Assembly: GCA_963662585.1 (NCBI GenBank)
Contig: OY759729.1
Coordinates: 1,859,866-1,923,865, forward strand
Direction of reading: 5' to 3'
DNA: 64,000 nucleotides
Origin: Candidatus Cloacimonadales bacterium
GTDB lineage: Bacteria > Cloacimonadota > Cloacimonadia > Cloacimonadales > JAFGVF01
Shown: one piece after another, positions 25,890 to 38,100 of the stretch
Layout of the letters: every line of letters begins with the position of its first letter
How positions within the stretch are numbered: position 1 is the first letter of the stretch
The notes under the pieces: model-generated
The model's database searches: none
Told to the model about the DNA's origin: nothing
The model's input: only the letters and a program-made list of their open reading frames with translations
Translations under genes and position numbers: made by a program

Positions 25890-26846
25890 ATGAAAAGACT
25901 AGTCCTAGCAATTATGCTAATAAATATAATGACACTACTTGTAGCTTTTGATAAGTATGCTGGAGAAATTTATGAAATACCAGTAGGAGTAAGGAATATA
26001 GCTTTAGGAAATACAGGTTTAACCGATATTAATGGCTATTCTCCAGCCTTCTGGAACGCGGCTTTGCTACCTGAATTACAGAATTCAAGTATGGAACTTA
26101 TGCATGCTAATGAGTTTGATGGACTCTTCAAGTATGATAGTTTTTCCTTTTATTATCATGCTCAAAACTCAATTGCTATAAGTATGACTCGTATTGCTAT
26201 TAATGATATACCCTTAACAAAGCTTGAGAATGGTGATTTACCACTTTCCAATGATAATCGTCCTTATGCTTACAAGTATGTTGATAACAATGATTATCTG
26301 CTTAATATTGCTTTGGGTAGAAGAATTAATGATAAATTAAATTTGGGGATTACTCCTAAAATCACTTATAGGAAGTTGGCTGAAGAGTCTGCTTGGGCTT
26401 TAGGTGCTGATCTTGGAATGCTGTATAAGGTTAGTTCAAATTTTATGTTTGCTTCCAAAATCAGTAATGTTCTTGCAACTCATATCTTATGGGAAAATGG
26501 TGAGTATGAACTTGTTTCTCCTAAGGGGGAAGTTGAATTTCGCTATGAATTCTCATTCTGGGGTGATAAAATACCTCTGGAATTAATGATGAGAAGTGAT
26601 GTTTATCTCTTTGCAGATAAGAATATTGGCGATTATGATCTAAGTTTTACTTCCCTAAGTAATCATTATGGTTTGGCAGTTACTCCATTTCAGAATATCT
26701 CTTTGCTAGCTGGCTATGATGTAGATTCGATAACTGCTGGAGTAGATTTAAAATATCGTAATTTTGCTCTTTTCTATGCCTATAAAAATAATAACAATGG
26801 TGATCTTGGTAATTCTCAAAAAATATCTTTAGGATACAAATTTTAA
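25890..26846 (+). CDS. Predicted outer-membrane beta-barrel protein (N-terminal motif reminiscent of the PorV/PorQ type)
   Basis: Signal peptide, GVRNIALGNTGLTD near the N-terminus, alternating beta-strand pattern and a C-terminal LGYKF. The family assignment is tentative. Confidence 0.5.
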   Translation: MKRLVLAIMLINIMTLLVAFDKYAGEIYEIPVGVRNIALGNTGLTDINGYSPAFWNAALLPELQNSSMELMHANEFDGLFKYDSFSFYYHAQNSIAISMTRIAINDIPLTKLENGDLPLSNDNRPYAYKYVDNNDYLLNIALGRRINDKLNLGITPKITYRKLAEESAWALGADLGMLYKVSSNFMFASKISNVLATHILWENGEYELVSPKGEVEFRYEFSFWGDKIPLELMMRSDVYLFADKNIGDYDLSFTSLSNHYGLAVTPFQNISLLAGYDVDSITAGVDLKYRNFALFYAYKNNNNGDLGNSQKISLGYKF

Positions 26847-27976
26847 TGGAAAAAATAAAAGTAGCTATTTTAGGAATTACTGGTTCAATTGGTGATTCAT
26901 CTTGTGAAGTAATAAGAAAGAATAGAGATAGATTTGATATAGTTTTAGCTTCTGCTCATCGTAAATTTCCTAAACTTATGGAGATTCAAGAAGAGTTTAA
27001 TATTCCTAGCGTAGTTGTTACTGGCAAGGGTTATTATGCTACTAAAGATGATTATGGCTGTGATATTTACCTTAGTGAAGAATCTTTGTTGCATCTTCTT
27101 AGGGAGAGTGATTATGATATTGTTATTAATGCAATAACAGGTTCAGCAGGTTTAAGATCAACTATTGCTGTTTTAGAAAGAGGTAAGAAATTAGCTTTAG
27201 CCAATAAAGAATCCTTAGTAATGGCTGGTCATCTGATTCAGAAATATACTAAAGATAATCCCATATTACCTATTGATAGTGAGCACTCTGCCATTTTTCA
27301 GGCTTTAGGTAATCATTCTCAAGAGGAAGTAGCAGAGTTAATTATCACTGCTTCAGGTGGTTCTTTTCGGGATCGTAAGCTTGATACTTTTAATACTATC
27401 ACTCTTGCTGATGCTCTTAAACATCCAACCTGGGATATGGGGGCAAAAGTTACTATCGATTCAGCTACTATGATGAATAAAGGTTTAGAAGTCATTGAAG
27501 CTCATTGGTTATTCAATATGCCATTTAATAAAATCAAAGCTATTATCCACCCTCAATCTATTATTCATTCACTTGTGAAGTTTAAAGATGGTTCTTTAAT
27601 CTCTCAGATGAGTAATCCTAGTATGCAAATACCTATACTCTATGCTCTCACTCACCCTAAACACATTGAGTTTAATAATGTTGAGACTGATCTTTTAAAG
27701 ATTCCTGCTTTGACCTTCAGGGAGATAGACCCTAAGCGATATCCACTCTTCTTCTTAGCTTTAGAAGTTGGGGAAGAAGGCGGAATTATGCCAACTATTA
27801 TGAATTCTGCAAATGAGGCTTGTATTGAACTTTTTCTCAATAATAAAATAGAATTTAGGGATTTCTATTCTATTATTTCAGAGACTTTGCTAGCTTCTCA
27901 GCAAATACAAAACCCTAGTTTAGAAGAAATAATTGAGATTAATGAAAGTGTGTATAAGAAGATTGTAAGAAAGTGA
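26846..27976 (+). CDS. dxr: 1-deoxy-D-xylulose-5-phosphate reductoisomerase
   Basis: GITGSIGDSS NADPH site, LANKESLV, DSEHSAIFQ and HPTWDMGAKVTIDSATMMNKGLEVIEAH. Confidence 0.95.
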   Translation: MEKIKVAILGITGSIGDSSCEVIRKNRDRFDIVLASAHRKFPKLMEIQEEFNIPSVVVTGKGYYATKDDYGCDIYLSEESLLHLLRESDYDIVINAITGSAGLRSTIAVLERGKKLALANKESLVMAGHLIQKYTKDNPILPIDSEHSAIFQALGNHSQEEVAELIITASGGSFRDRKLDTFNTITLADALKHPTWDMGAKVTIDSATMMNKGLEVIEAHWLFNMPFNKIKAIIHPQSIIHSLVKFKDGSLISQMSNPSMQIPILYALTHPKHIEFNNVETDLLKIPALTFREIDPKRYPLFFLALEVGEEGGIMPTIMNSANEACIELFLNNKIEFRDFYSIISETLLASQQIQNPSLEEIIEINESVYKKIVRK

Positions 27977-28294
27977 GAATTTAAAATTTTCACATAAATT
28001 AAGGCGAGGAGTATTTCTTTAATCGTCTAGGGAGGACATTTAATAGGGAGTGTTGGCAAGATACTCCTAGAGAATCCCCCCGAAATTACTTGGCCTCGCT
28101 AGCGGACAGGGGATAAACTGAAGATAAATGTAAAATAATCTGTCAAATTATTTAGGACTGGATACACTCAGAGGATTGGCATCGAAGATAAGGGGAGAGT
28201 TTTCGTTAATCATTCTCCTTCTAGATGAATAGTAAATGCTTATAGCAAAATTTCCTTCAAAGCGTTTGAAATATTAAAAAAACAAGGATTTAGT

Positions 28295-30571
28295 ATGTTA
28301 AAGGTTATTCGAAGTCAGCTTCACACTCTCTTTATTCCCTTAATATTTTGGCTAATCGGAATTATCATTGCTACTAAATTTTCTTATCACTGGACTTTGA
28401 ACATCCTAGTTACTATTTCTTTTTTGATAATGCTTTTTTATCCAAAACTAAGAATCTATTTCATATTATTTATTTCGTTAATGCTAGGCTGGATGCATAC
28501 AAGTACTTATCTAAAAACAACAAGTAATGAAATTGGTTACTATCTTACCCCTGATAAATCTATCAATGAAGTATTTACTTATAAAGTTTTGGAAAGTAAG
28601 CTAACCTCAAAAGATAAAAGATATTATATCATAGAACTACGCCAGCTTAATGACTATTCTATGAAAGGGAAATTGCTTCTTTACAATGCTCCTGATTCTC
28701 TCAAAAATTATCACATATATCGAAGCCCTATCACTATTGAAAATATAGAAAAAGCACATAATCCTGCTGAATTTGATTTTCAGAGATATTATGCTTATCA
28801 AGGTATTCAGGGAAGAGCAAGCACCAATGGCTTAACCAGTTTTATTGGTAAGGAAGAGACTTTCTGGACGAGATTAAAATCTGCAGTAACTAGCAAAATA
28901 GAAGCCACCTTTAGGCAAAATAAATCTTTAGCTTTAGCTCTATTTTTGGGAGAGAAGGACTTACTCAAGATAGACCAAGAAAGACTAGCCAACTTAGGTC
29001 TCTTGCATCTTTTTGCAGTTAGTGGTTTGCATGTGGGAGTAATATATCTAACGGTTTTGATTATTCTTAATCTTATCTTAAATCTAAATTGGGCTAGACT
29101 AGGCACTTCAATAATCTTGATTTTTTATGGATATTTATGTGCATGGTCGCCATCAGTTTTTAGAACTGTTTTGATAATCTTTATCTATAATTTTACCTTA
29201 GTTTTTCAACGCAAAATATCCTTCTTGCAGTTACTTTCAATCACCCTTTTTATTATTACTATAACTAATCCTCTGCAAGTCTTTTCAGTAGGACTTCATT
29301 TATCTCTGACAGCTTTTATCTCTCTTTGGCTAGCTGATAGGAAATTCTTACCCTTGCTAGACAAATATAGGAGAAAATATAAGTTAAATAAATACATCTT
29401 GGGCGTAATTCAATATCTTATATACTCACTCTCAGTAGTTATCTTTATCGCCCCACTTTCAGCTTATTACTTCAATGTTGTTTCATTTAACTCCCTGATA
29501 ACAAACATCGTAGTAACTCCAATTGTTAGCCTGATGCTAAATGTTATTCTTTTGTCTCTCTTACTTCCCCAAGGATTTGTAGCCCAAGAATATCTAGCTA
29601 AGGCATTTAGTCTGCTAAAGGCTCTTTTTGAGAAGATTATTGAATATTCAGCTTCGCTTCCACTATTTACTCGAAGATTTGCTCTAACAGGATTCGAACT
29701 TTTGGCAATTATTCTGGTGACAATAGTTTTTCTCTTTCTCTATAAGAAAGATAAAGTTAAAGCCCTTATTCTGATAGCTTCAGCAGTAATCTTACTCTTT
29801 CTTACTCTCTCAGGTTTATTTGTTAACTACCAAAATCAAGTTATCTGTTTAGATGCCGGAAAAGCTGATTGCAGTTATTTAGAATTTGCTGATGGAAAAA
29901 ATCTCTTAATTGATACTGGATCCCAAGAACAGCCACCTAATATTATAAAAAACTCACTCTTGCCTTATCTAAGAAAAAGGCATATTCATAACTTGGATAT
30001 GGTTATTATTACTCATGCCCATGAAGATCACTATGGAGGACTTGCCTTGCTTGCTAAGAATATTGATATCAAGGAGTTAATTATTCATCAAACAGCTCTT
30101 GGTGATGAAACCTTCGCCCAAATAATTCAAGAATTAGAATCAGATATAATTATTACTATCCTCCAAGATACAACTTCAATTTGGGATAGAAGAATAAGAT
30201 TCTTGCATCCTGATGTTAACTATGAATCAATTAATATGAATAATAACTCTCTGGTTACTCAAGTTACTTATAATCACAATAAACTGCTATTTACTGGCGA
30301 TATTGAAGAAGAGGCTGAACAAAGATTAGTAAGGCAATATGGGGATGGGATAAAATCTAATTTTCTAAAGATACCCCATCACGGAAGTATTACCAGCTCT
30401 TCAGTAGAATTCTTAGATAGTGTTAATCCTGATAAATGTTTTATTCCTGCAGGGAATAGGGATAGAGATAAATTCCCTAATCCTATAGTCTTAAAAAGAT
30501 TGCAAGATATGAATATTGAAATTTTCATCGGAGGAGATGATGGTGCTATGAAAATGATAATCGATCGCTAG
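28295..30571 (+). CDS. comEC: DNA internalization-related competence protein ComEC/Rec2
   Basis: 758 aa. A polytopic competence domain is followed by a C-terminal MBL domain (VIITHAHEDHYGG, PHHGS). Confidence 0.88.
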   Translation: MLKVIRSQLHTLFIPLIFWLIGIIIATKFSYHWTLNILVTISFLIMLFYPKLRIYFILFISLMLGWMHTSTYLKTTSNEIGYYLTPDKSINEVFTYKVLESKLTSKDKRYYIIELRQLNDYSMKGKLLLYNAPDSLKNYHIYRSPITIENIEKAHNPAEFDFQRYYAYQGIQGRASTNGLTSFIGKEETFWTRLKSAVTSKIEATFRQNKSLALALFLGEKDLLKIDQERLANLGLLHLFAVSGLHVGVIYLTVLIILNLILNLNWARLGTSIILIFYGYLCAWSPSVFRTVLIIFIYNFTLVFQRKISFLQLLSITLFIITITNPLQVFSVGLHLSLTAFISLWLADRKFLPLLDKYRRKYKLNKYILGVIQYLIYSLSVVIFIAPLSAYYFNVVSFNSLITNIVVTPIVSLMLNVILLSLLLPQGFVAQEYLAKAFSLLKALFEKIIEYSASLPLFTRRFALTGFELLAIILVTIVFLFLYKKDKVKALILIASAVILLFLTLSGLFVNYQNQVICLDAGKADCSYLEFADGKNLLIDTGSQEQPPNIIKNSLLPYLRKRHIHNLDMVIITHAHEDHYGGLALLAKNIDIKELIIHQTALGDETFAQIIQELESDIIITILQDTTSIWDRRIRFLHPDVNYESINMNNNSLVTQVTYNHNKLLFTGDIEEEAEQRLVRQYGDGIKSNFLKIPHHGSITSSSVEFLDSVNPDKCFIPAGNRDRDKFPNPIVLKRLQDMNIEIFIGGDDGAMKMIIDR

Positions 30572-30818
30572 AGACCTATTCTAGTAATCAATTTGCTAGA
30601 TTACACTATCATCATCTCTTCCTCTTTAATTGCTCCTTCTCACTCATCATAGTGATTATTTGGATTTTTATTGAAATCAGTGAGAGAGTGAAGCGAAAGA
30701 GGAAAGGAAGAGCAAGGCACAAGCATTAAATATTGAGTTATTTTTTATTTTCAACTGGACAGAATAATCATCTTTTTATTATAAGAAAATAAATAATAAT
30801 TAAGAGAATGAGGTTGAA

Positions 30819-32021
30819 ATGAAGAAAATATATATAACTATTATAATCCTATTATTAAGCATAAATTTCCAAGTTTTACAGGCAATAGACTATACTGCTG
30901 GAATAGACTGGTTCAAGGAATATTACACTATTAGTGAAAAAGATACTCAGAAATTTATTCCTTTTGGCTTCTATATCAATGAAGCAGGATTTATGTTGGG
31001 AGCATTCTATTATAATACCAATGTTATGAATAGTGGTGCCAAAACCTCTTTAGTGGGGATGTATAGTCCTGAAACTAACATTTCTGCTGTGTGGATTGAT
31101 GTAGATAATGTTAAATTATCTGATAAAACAAATCTCTATAGCACTATCAACTTACTAAATTTTAATGATGTAAGAGTTTATTGGAAGGGGAATGATAGTC
31201 CTAATATAGAAGCTGCTTTTACGGTATTACCTGATAGTACATTAGTTCCTAAGAATAATGGATATCTGGTTAAAGAAGGCTGGGCAAATAACTTCAAAAT
31301 AGGAATCAAGCATAAAGTCTTTGAAAACAGTGCTATTTATGGGGAATATCGCTATAACATCTCTACCTCAAAGAATAGTGATGATTCCTTAACAGATGAG
31401 CTGATCGTTAGATTTGAATCTTCCTTCTTAGATAGTTATAACAATCCACAAAAAGGTAGTAAATTCATAGCTGATATTGCAAAAAGTATTGATATCTTAG
31501 GACATGATGAAAATAATAATTGGGATTATTACCGGCTATCTGCAGAAGTTATTCACTTCTTACCTCTAGCTGATAAAACTACTTTAGGTTTTAGATTATT
31601 TACTTCCCACTTAGGCGGGAAAAAAGTTGAGGATGAGAATAGGACATTAATAATGAATAATCTCTTAAATCAAGAAGGAAAATATACAGAATATGCCCCC
31701 TTTATGGCTCAACCATATTTAGGTGATTTTGATAACTTCCGAGGTTATTATATGTATAGATTCAGAGATAATAACTTACTCTTACTTCAAGCCGAAAATA
31801 GGTTTCCTATCACTGGTAACCGTTTGTACGGTGTCTTGTTTGGAGAAGTTGGTCGGGTAGCTCCAAAATATGATGTTAGTGAGTTTCTTCAAGATATGAA
31901 GTTATCTTATGGAGCTGGTGTAAGATTCTATTTTAATGAAGATGTAGCAGTGAGAGCAGATTTTGCTCATTCTAATGAAGAAAATTTACAAGTTAGAATA
32001 ATGTTTGGGCAGGCTTTTTAA
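30819..32021 (+). CDS. Omp85/surface-antigen (D15)-like outer-membrane barrel protein
   Basis: Signal peptide, barrel motif YGAGVRFYF..VRADFAHS, and a terminal QAF aromatic residue. Confidence 0.6.
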   Translation: MKKIYITIIILLLSINFQVLQAIDYTAGIDWFKEYYTISEKDTQKFIPFGFYINEAGFMLGAFYYNTNVMNSGAKTSLVGMYSPETNISAVWIDVDNVKLSDKTNLYSTINLLNFNDVRVYWKGNDSPNIEAAFTVLPDSTLVPKNNGYLVKEGWANNFKIGIKHKVFENSAIYGEYRYNISTSKNSDDSLTDELIVRFESSFLDSYNNPQKGSKFIADIAKSIDILGHDENNNWDYYRLSAEVIHFLPLADKTTLGFRLFTSHLGGKKVEDENRTLIMNNLLNQEGKYTEYAPFMAQPYLGDFDNFRGYYMYRFRDNNLLLLQAENRFPITGNRLYGVLFGEVGRVAPKYDVSEFLQDMKLSYGAGVRFYFNEDVAVRADFAHSNEENLQVRIMFGQAF

Positions 32022-32195
32022 ACCCAGGGTTGAATTATATAGGAATAAAGTAAAATGGTTAACTCTTTACTGCTATTGTGTTTAACTAATTCGAAGGAAA
32101 TATAAATACAAGTATTTTAAAATATTTCTTGACGGAAAATAACATCCATACCGTTTAGTATGTTTATGAAAATTATGAATACTAAAAGGTGAGGT

Positions 32196-32813
32196 ATGAC
32201 ACAAAGTAAAAGTGAAAATAAAGATACTCGCAAGACGATAATATTGTCTGCACTAAAATTGTTTTCTGAAAAGGGCTTTCAGGCCACTTCAATTTCAGAG
32301 ATTTGTAAAAATGCAAATGTTTCTAAAGGTGCCTTATATTGGCACTTCAAGGATAAGCAAGATTTGTATTTACAGCTTATGTATGATGTTATTAGAGAAA
32401 TTTTAGTAGAATCAATGTTTGAAGTTAACCAAGAGAAGAGTCCTTTATTGAGGTTAAAAAAACATTTAAACAATTATCTTACCCAACTTTCGACTAATGA
32501 GGTTTATCAAGAAGCTTATAGGTTGTTTGTTAGAGAAATGCAATTTGATCAATTTGCCGATATGGAAAGATTGAGCGCTCAAGTAAAAGAAGATTTTAAT
32601 TTTGAGAGTTATTTTCAAGATGCCGTTGCTCAGGGAGAGCTTCCTAAAGTCCTGACAGTAAATCAATATTATGAAATGTATACCCACATGTTTGATGGAA
32701 TAATTATAAATTGGTTAATGCGGGGCAAGGAGTTTGATTTAATCGAATTTGGTAATAAATTATTTGATTATGTATATAGAATAGACTTGTTAAGGAGAGA
32801 AAATGAAGTTTAA
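32196..32813 (+). CDS. TetR/AcrR family transcriptional regulator
   Basis: N-terminal HTH FQATSISEICKNANVSKGALYWHFKDKQDLY. It is the first gene of the efflux operon. Confidence 0.9.
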   Translation: MTQSKSENKDTRKTIILSALKLFSEKGFQATSISEICKNANVSKGALYWHFKDKQDLYLQLMYDVIREILVESMFEVNQEKSPLLRLKKHLNNYLTQLSTNEVYQEAYRLFVREMQFDQFADMERLSAQVKEDFNFESYFQDAVAQGELPKVLTVNQYYEMYTHMFDGIIINWLMRGKEFDLIEFGNKLFDYVYRIDLLRRENEV

Positions 32814-34083
32814 GTATGCAATACTATTATTGATATTTCCCTTATTTTTAAGTGGATTGACTTTAAAAGAGGCTGAGAATTATGCTCTAAGGAATAATAA
32901 AGAGATTCAGATTTCTCAATCAGATAAAGCAGGAACTAATGCTAATTATCTAAGCGTGAAAGGTTCAATATATCCCCAGTTGAGTTTAATGGGGTCTTAT
33001 GGAATAAAGAAGACAGATGTTCCGGAGATACTTCCTGCAGGAGTTATGGCAGAAGAAGAGATGCCTTTAAATACTGTCTTGTCAATGTCACAAATTTTGT
33101 TCTCTAGCGATGTATTCAATGGTTTAAGAGCTGCAAAGGTCTATACAAAAATTAATGATACAATGTTACGGGTTACAGAAACAGAGATATTATTCAAGAC
33201 TAAGGAATTGTTTAACACTTGTTTATTGACTGAGCAAGTGGTAAATATTCAGAGAGAAGCTTTACAGATTGCTCAATCTCATTTTGAGCAAATAAGTGTA
33301 ATGTTTGACCAAGGTTTAGTTTCAGAATATGATTTATTAAAAGCTGAATTGCAGGTGTCTCAACTAGAGCCACAGCTTCAAGAAGCAATAAACAATCATA
33401 GTATGTCAATAGAAGCTCTAAAGAATCATCTTGGGGGAAATATTGAAATTACTTCAATAGATGGCGAATTAGTTGAACCTGAGATTGCCGACTATGATTT
33501 AAATGAAGCTATTAGTGAAGGTAAAAATAATCGTCTAGAACTAAAAGCAACAAGTTTAAATGCTGATATTTTGAATATTCAATATAAGAATCAACAGAAG
33601 AGTTATTTACCTACTGTTGCATTGAATGCTTCAGTTACTAATTTCACTTCAACTTCAGATTATTCAGTAGAAGCAGATAATTTTGGTAATATTTATCAGT
33701 TATCAGTAGACTTTCAAGTACCGCTTTTTACTGGATTTACTAACAGGAGTAAGACTCGTAAATTTAAGCAAGAGTGGATATCTGCCCAAATTTCTAATGA
33801 TAAATTAGAAGATGATATTAGTTTAGAGATAACTAATTACTACCTAAAATTAGAGAAAGAAGTCAAAAATTTAACTGCAGTTAAAAAGAATAGGGCTCTC
33901 GCAACCAAAGGTTTAACTATAGCTGAACAGAGATATAGTAACCAATTAGCTACATACCTAGAAGTTCAAGATGCTCAATTGAGTTATAAACTGGCTCAAT
34001 TAGATTATATTTCTGCAATATATAATGTTATCAATACCAAAAATAGTTTAGTTAAAGCTATGGGAAAGAATTTAAAATCTTAA
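32803..34083 (+). CDS. TolC-type outer-membrane efflux duct
   Basis: 426 aa with a signal peptide and the two-repeat coiled-coil pattern of the OEP family. Overlaps the TetR stop. Confidence 0.85.
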   Translation: MKFKYAILLLIFPLFLSGLTLKEAENYALRNNKEIQISQSDKAGTNANYLSVKGSIYPQLSLMGSYGIKKTDVPEILPAGVMAEEEMPLNTVLSMSQILFSSDVFNGLRAAKVYTKINDTMLRVTETEILFKTKELFNTCLLTEQVVNIQREALQIAQSHFEQISVMFDQGLVSEYDLLKAELQVSQLEPQLQEAINNHSMSIEALKNHLGGNIEITSIDGELVEPEIADYDLNEAISEGKNNRLELKATSLNADILNIQYKNQQKSYLPTVALNASVTNFTSTSDYSVEADNFGNIYQLSVDFQVPLFTGFTNRSKTRKFKQEWISAQISNDKLEDDISLEITNYYLKLEKEVKNLTAVKKNRALATKGLTIAEQRYSNQLATYLEVQDAQLSYKLAQLDYISAIYNVINTKNSLVKAMGKNLKS

Positions 34084-34093
34084 GGAGAGATTA

Positions 34094-35122
34094 ATGATAA
34101 AAAGAGTTTTTTTATTAATGATTATTGCCTCCCTATTCTTAGTAGTAGGATGTCAGAAGAAAGGACCAATAGTTGAGGCAAAGAGTTTGGAAGCAATCTA
34201 TCGCGAGGAAGGAATTCCTGTAAAAGTAGAAACAGTAGTAGGACAAGATTTCAATAGATATCAAACTTACTACTCAGAAGTAATTCCTAGTAAAAGTACA
34301 GTAATTTTTGCTAAGTATGAAGACCGTATCTCCAAAATCCATGCAGAAGCTGGCGATTTCGTAAAGAAGGGAGATGTTATAATAGAATTTAATCCTAATA
34401 GCAGATTCGGGATAAAAGAGACCCAAGCTAATTATGATATTGCCTTAGCCACTTATAATAGAATGAAAGAAGTCTTCAAAAGTGGAGGAATAAGCCAACA
34501 GGATTTAGATCTTTATCAAACTCAATACATGGTAGCTCAAGCATCCTTAGAAAGCATTAATGATATGTTAAAAGTTACAGCACCTTATGATGGTTATATC
34601 ACAGAGTTACCTGTTTCGGAGAATGATTATATCTTCATAGATTCAGCACTTTTTACTATTTCCAACTTAAATACTTTGAAAGCTGTTTTATGGGTAAATG
34701 AGAATGATATTCAGTTTGTGAGAGAAGGGATGTTTGCTTCAGCTAAATGGAATAATCAAGAAATTACCGGTAAAGTAGAGAAAGTTGCTATGTCTATGGA
34801 TTTACATAGAAGAGCTTTTAGAGTAGAGGCTAACTTTGATAATTCAAAGAGATTAATAAAAGCTGGAGTAACTTCTGAGATAAATCTCCTTCTTTACAAG
34901 AAAACAGATGTTATCGGAGTTCCAACAGTTATGGTTAGAGAAATTCAAGCTAGTCCATATCTTTGGATTGTTGAAGATAATAAGGCAGTAAGAAGGAATG
35001 TGGTTCTTGGCCAGACAGGAAATGAGCTAATCGAAATCTTAAATGGACTAAATGCCGGCGATAAATTAATCACTGAGGGTTATCATTTAGTATCTGATAA
35101 CGACAAAGTAACTATTAAATAG
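34094..35122 (+). CDS. RND efflux periplasmic adaptor (membrane fusion protein)
   Basis: Lipobox LVVGC and a HlyD/MFP-like lipoyl/barrel pattern. Located between the TolC-type and RND genes. Confidence 0.85.
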   Translation: MIKRVFLLMIIASLFLVVGCQKKGPIVEAKSLEAIYREEGIPVKVETVVGQDFNRYQTYYSEVIPSKSTVIFAKYEDRISKIHAEAGDFVKKGDVIIEFNPNSRFGIKETQANYDIALATYNRMKEVFKSGGISQQDLDLYQTQYMVAQASLESINDMLKVTAPYDGYITELPVSENDYIFIDSALFTISNLNTLKAVLWVNENDIQFVREGMFASAKWNNQEITGKVEKVAMSMDLHRRAFRVEANFDNSKRLIKAGVTSEINLLLYKKTDVIGVPTVMVREIQASPYLWIVEDNKAVRRNVVLGQTGNELIEILNGLNAGDKLITEGYHLVSDNDKVTIK

Positions 35123-35141
35123 TTAATTAATTGGAGAAATA

Positions 35142-38100
35142 ATGTTTTTATCAAAAATGTCTATAAAAAGACCAGTTATGACCACAATGTTCATTCTGGT
35201 ATTCATTCTCTTTGGTCTTTTAGCTTTTACTAAGATGCCAATTGACCTCTTCCCATCAGTGAATATACCCTATGTTCTTGTAACAACGGTCTATCCTGGT
35301 GCAGGTCCTAGTGAAGTAGAAACTCAAGTTACTAATATTATCGAGGATGAAGTTGCCACTATCAGTGGATTAAACAATGTTCAGTCTTATTCAATGGATA
35401 ATGTTTCTACTATAGTTCTTCAGTTTGAGTTAAGTAAAGACCCAAAGGAAGCTAACCAAGAAGTTAAAGATAAAATAAATAAGATTATTAATAAATTACC
35501 TTCTGATGCAGAACAACCAACCATTGAAAAGATTGAAATGGATGCCTTTCCAGTTATCGATTTAGTCTTAACTTCTAATTCCAGAAGTGTTTCAGCGATT
35601 GAGTTATATGAATTAGCAGATAACACTCTGAAAGATAGATTTGCTAAGATTGAAGGTGTTGCTCGTGTTGAAATCAGTGGTGGAGAAGAGAGAGAGATTC
35701 GAGTTGAAACAAATAATAGGCTCTTAAAATCTAATAATATCTCCCTTGCAAGTATTAATAACATCATAACCATGAATAATTATAATATTGCAGCTGGATT
35801 CTTCACTAACAAGAATACTGAAATCTCTTTAACTACTAATGCTGAATTTACTTCCATAGAAGAATTAAAGAATTTAGAAATTCCTGTTGATGGTGGGACT
35901 AAGAAGCTCAAGGAAATTGCTAATGTTTTTGATGGTAAGAAAGAGATTAGGACTATTTCTCGTTTCTTTGATAATATCCAGAAAAGTGAATATAGTAAAA
36001 TGGTTAAGATTAGCTTGATTAAAAGTTCGGATGCCAATACTGTTGCATTGGCTCAAGAAGTAACAAAATCTCTTCCTGACTTAAAAGCTAATATCCCAAG
36101 CAATATAGAATTAAAACTTGCTTATGATAACTCTGTATTTATTCAATCATCTGTTAGTGATACGATTACTAACTTGATTCTGGGAGTATTATTAACAGGA
36201 CTTGTGCTATTCTTATTCCTTCATGATTTAAGATCTACTTTCATAGTTGCTCTTTCCATGCCGACCTCAATTATCTCATCCTTTATGGTAATGCAGGCTA
36301 TGGGTTTCTCATTCAATATGCTATCATTGATGGGACTCTCGACTGCTGTCGGGGTGCTGGTGTCTAATTCCATTGTGGTACTAGAGAATATATTCCGTCA
36401 TAAATATATGGGGAACAGTAACAAGGAAGCTGCTCTTTCAGGTTCAGCAGAAGTTACAACTGCTGTGATTGCCTCGACTGCAACTAACCTTGTGGTATTC
36501 CTGCCAATCGCGGCTATGTCCTCAATGGCTGGTCAGTTCTTTAAAGAGTTTGCTTTAACTGTTTCAATCGCAACCGTCTTTTCCTTAATAATGTCTTTCA
36601 CTCTTACCCCAATGTTGGCTTCTCTTATCTTACCTAAAGAAGAAAAGTTAGATTGGTTCGGAAGAATTATGGAGAAGAACTTCAAGTTCTTTGAAGGAAT
36701 TTACAAAAAGGCCCTTATTTCAATCTTAAGTAATAGAGTGAAACCTGTTTTATTTGCTGTATTTATGACTCTTTTACTCTTTGCAACCTTTATTTTTGTT
36801 GCACCAAAGTTAGGCTTTGAGTTTATGCCAGAATTTGACCAAGGTGATTTGGTGATTAATATCGAGCTTCCTGAAGGGGCAGATTTGACTCAAACTTCAC
36901 AAAAGTTAGCTGAGGTTGAAAAAATAGTATTAAATCACCCTGAAGTAAAACATATAATATCTTCTGTTGGTAGTAATAATAGAACTAATCTCGCTTCTGC
37001 TGAAATAAAATTAGTAGATCCTGAATTTAGAAATATTACAACTTCTCAGATGAATCAAGTCTTCATTAATGAAGTAACAAATATTACTAACGCTAAGATT
37101 TTCTGTCGCGGTAGTAGAGGTGAAGATGGACAGAGTCCGATTCAGTATTATCTGATTTCACCTGATAAAGACTATTTGGATTCTATTGTTCCAGAGCTTA
37201 ATGCTAAAATGAAGCAGATTCCAGGACTAATTAACTATAATGTATCTCTTAGAACAGGTAAACCTCAACTTACTCTTCTTCCTAAAAGAAAAGAAATTGC
37301 TGATGCTGGCTTAACTGCTTATGATATCGCAATGGTTGTAAGAGGAGCTACTGAAGGCTTGACAAGTGCTGTCTATCGTGAAGAAGGTGAAGAATATGAT
37401 ATCAGAGTAACGATGGATGATAACTTTGTGTCTAGTCCAGAAGAGATTGGAGCTTTGATTGTTAATTCTCCTTATGGTCAATATACTATTTCCCAACTTG
37501 CTACTGTGGAATTTACTCAAACAACTACACAAATTACTCATCGTGATAAGCTAGCTTCTTTGATTATTTCAGGAGAACCGGCAACTGGTTATCCTCTTGC
37601 TACAGTTACTAATAAAATTATGGAAGTCTTTGAAGACATGAATTTCAGTGAAGATGTTGATGTAAAAGCAGGTGGAAACGCCGAAATGATGGAAGAAACA
37701 AATAAGGATATGGCTCAGGCTTTCTTGCTGGCTATTATTCTTACTTATATGCTTCTTGCCTCAATCTTAGAGAATTTTACTCAACCTTTATTAATTCTTA
37801 CTACCCTGCCGATGGCTACTATAGGTGTATTTGTGCTGATGTATCTTACTGGTACAACCATGAATATGTTCTCTATGATGGCTATTATTATGTTGATAGG
37901 GCTAGTGGTTAATGATGCAATTTTGATTTTAGACTATACTAAACAGTTGATGGCCAGAGATAATTTATCTGCCAAAGAAGCTTTATTAATAGCTTGTCCT
38001 ATTAAGATGAAACCAATTCTTATGACAACTTCAGCTATTATCTTAGGAATGCTTCCAATGGCCCTAGGAATTGGATCTGCAGGTAAGGAGATGAGAATCC

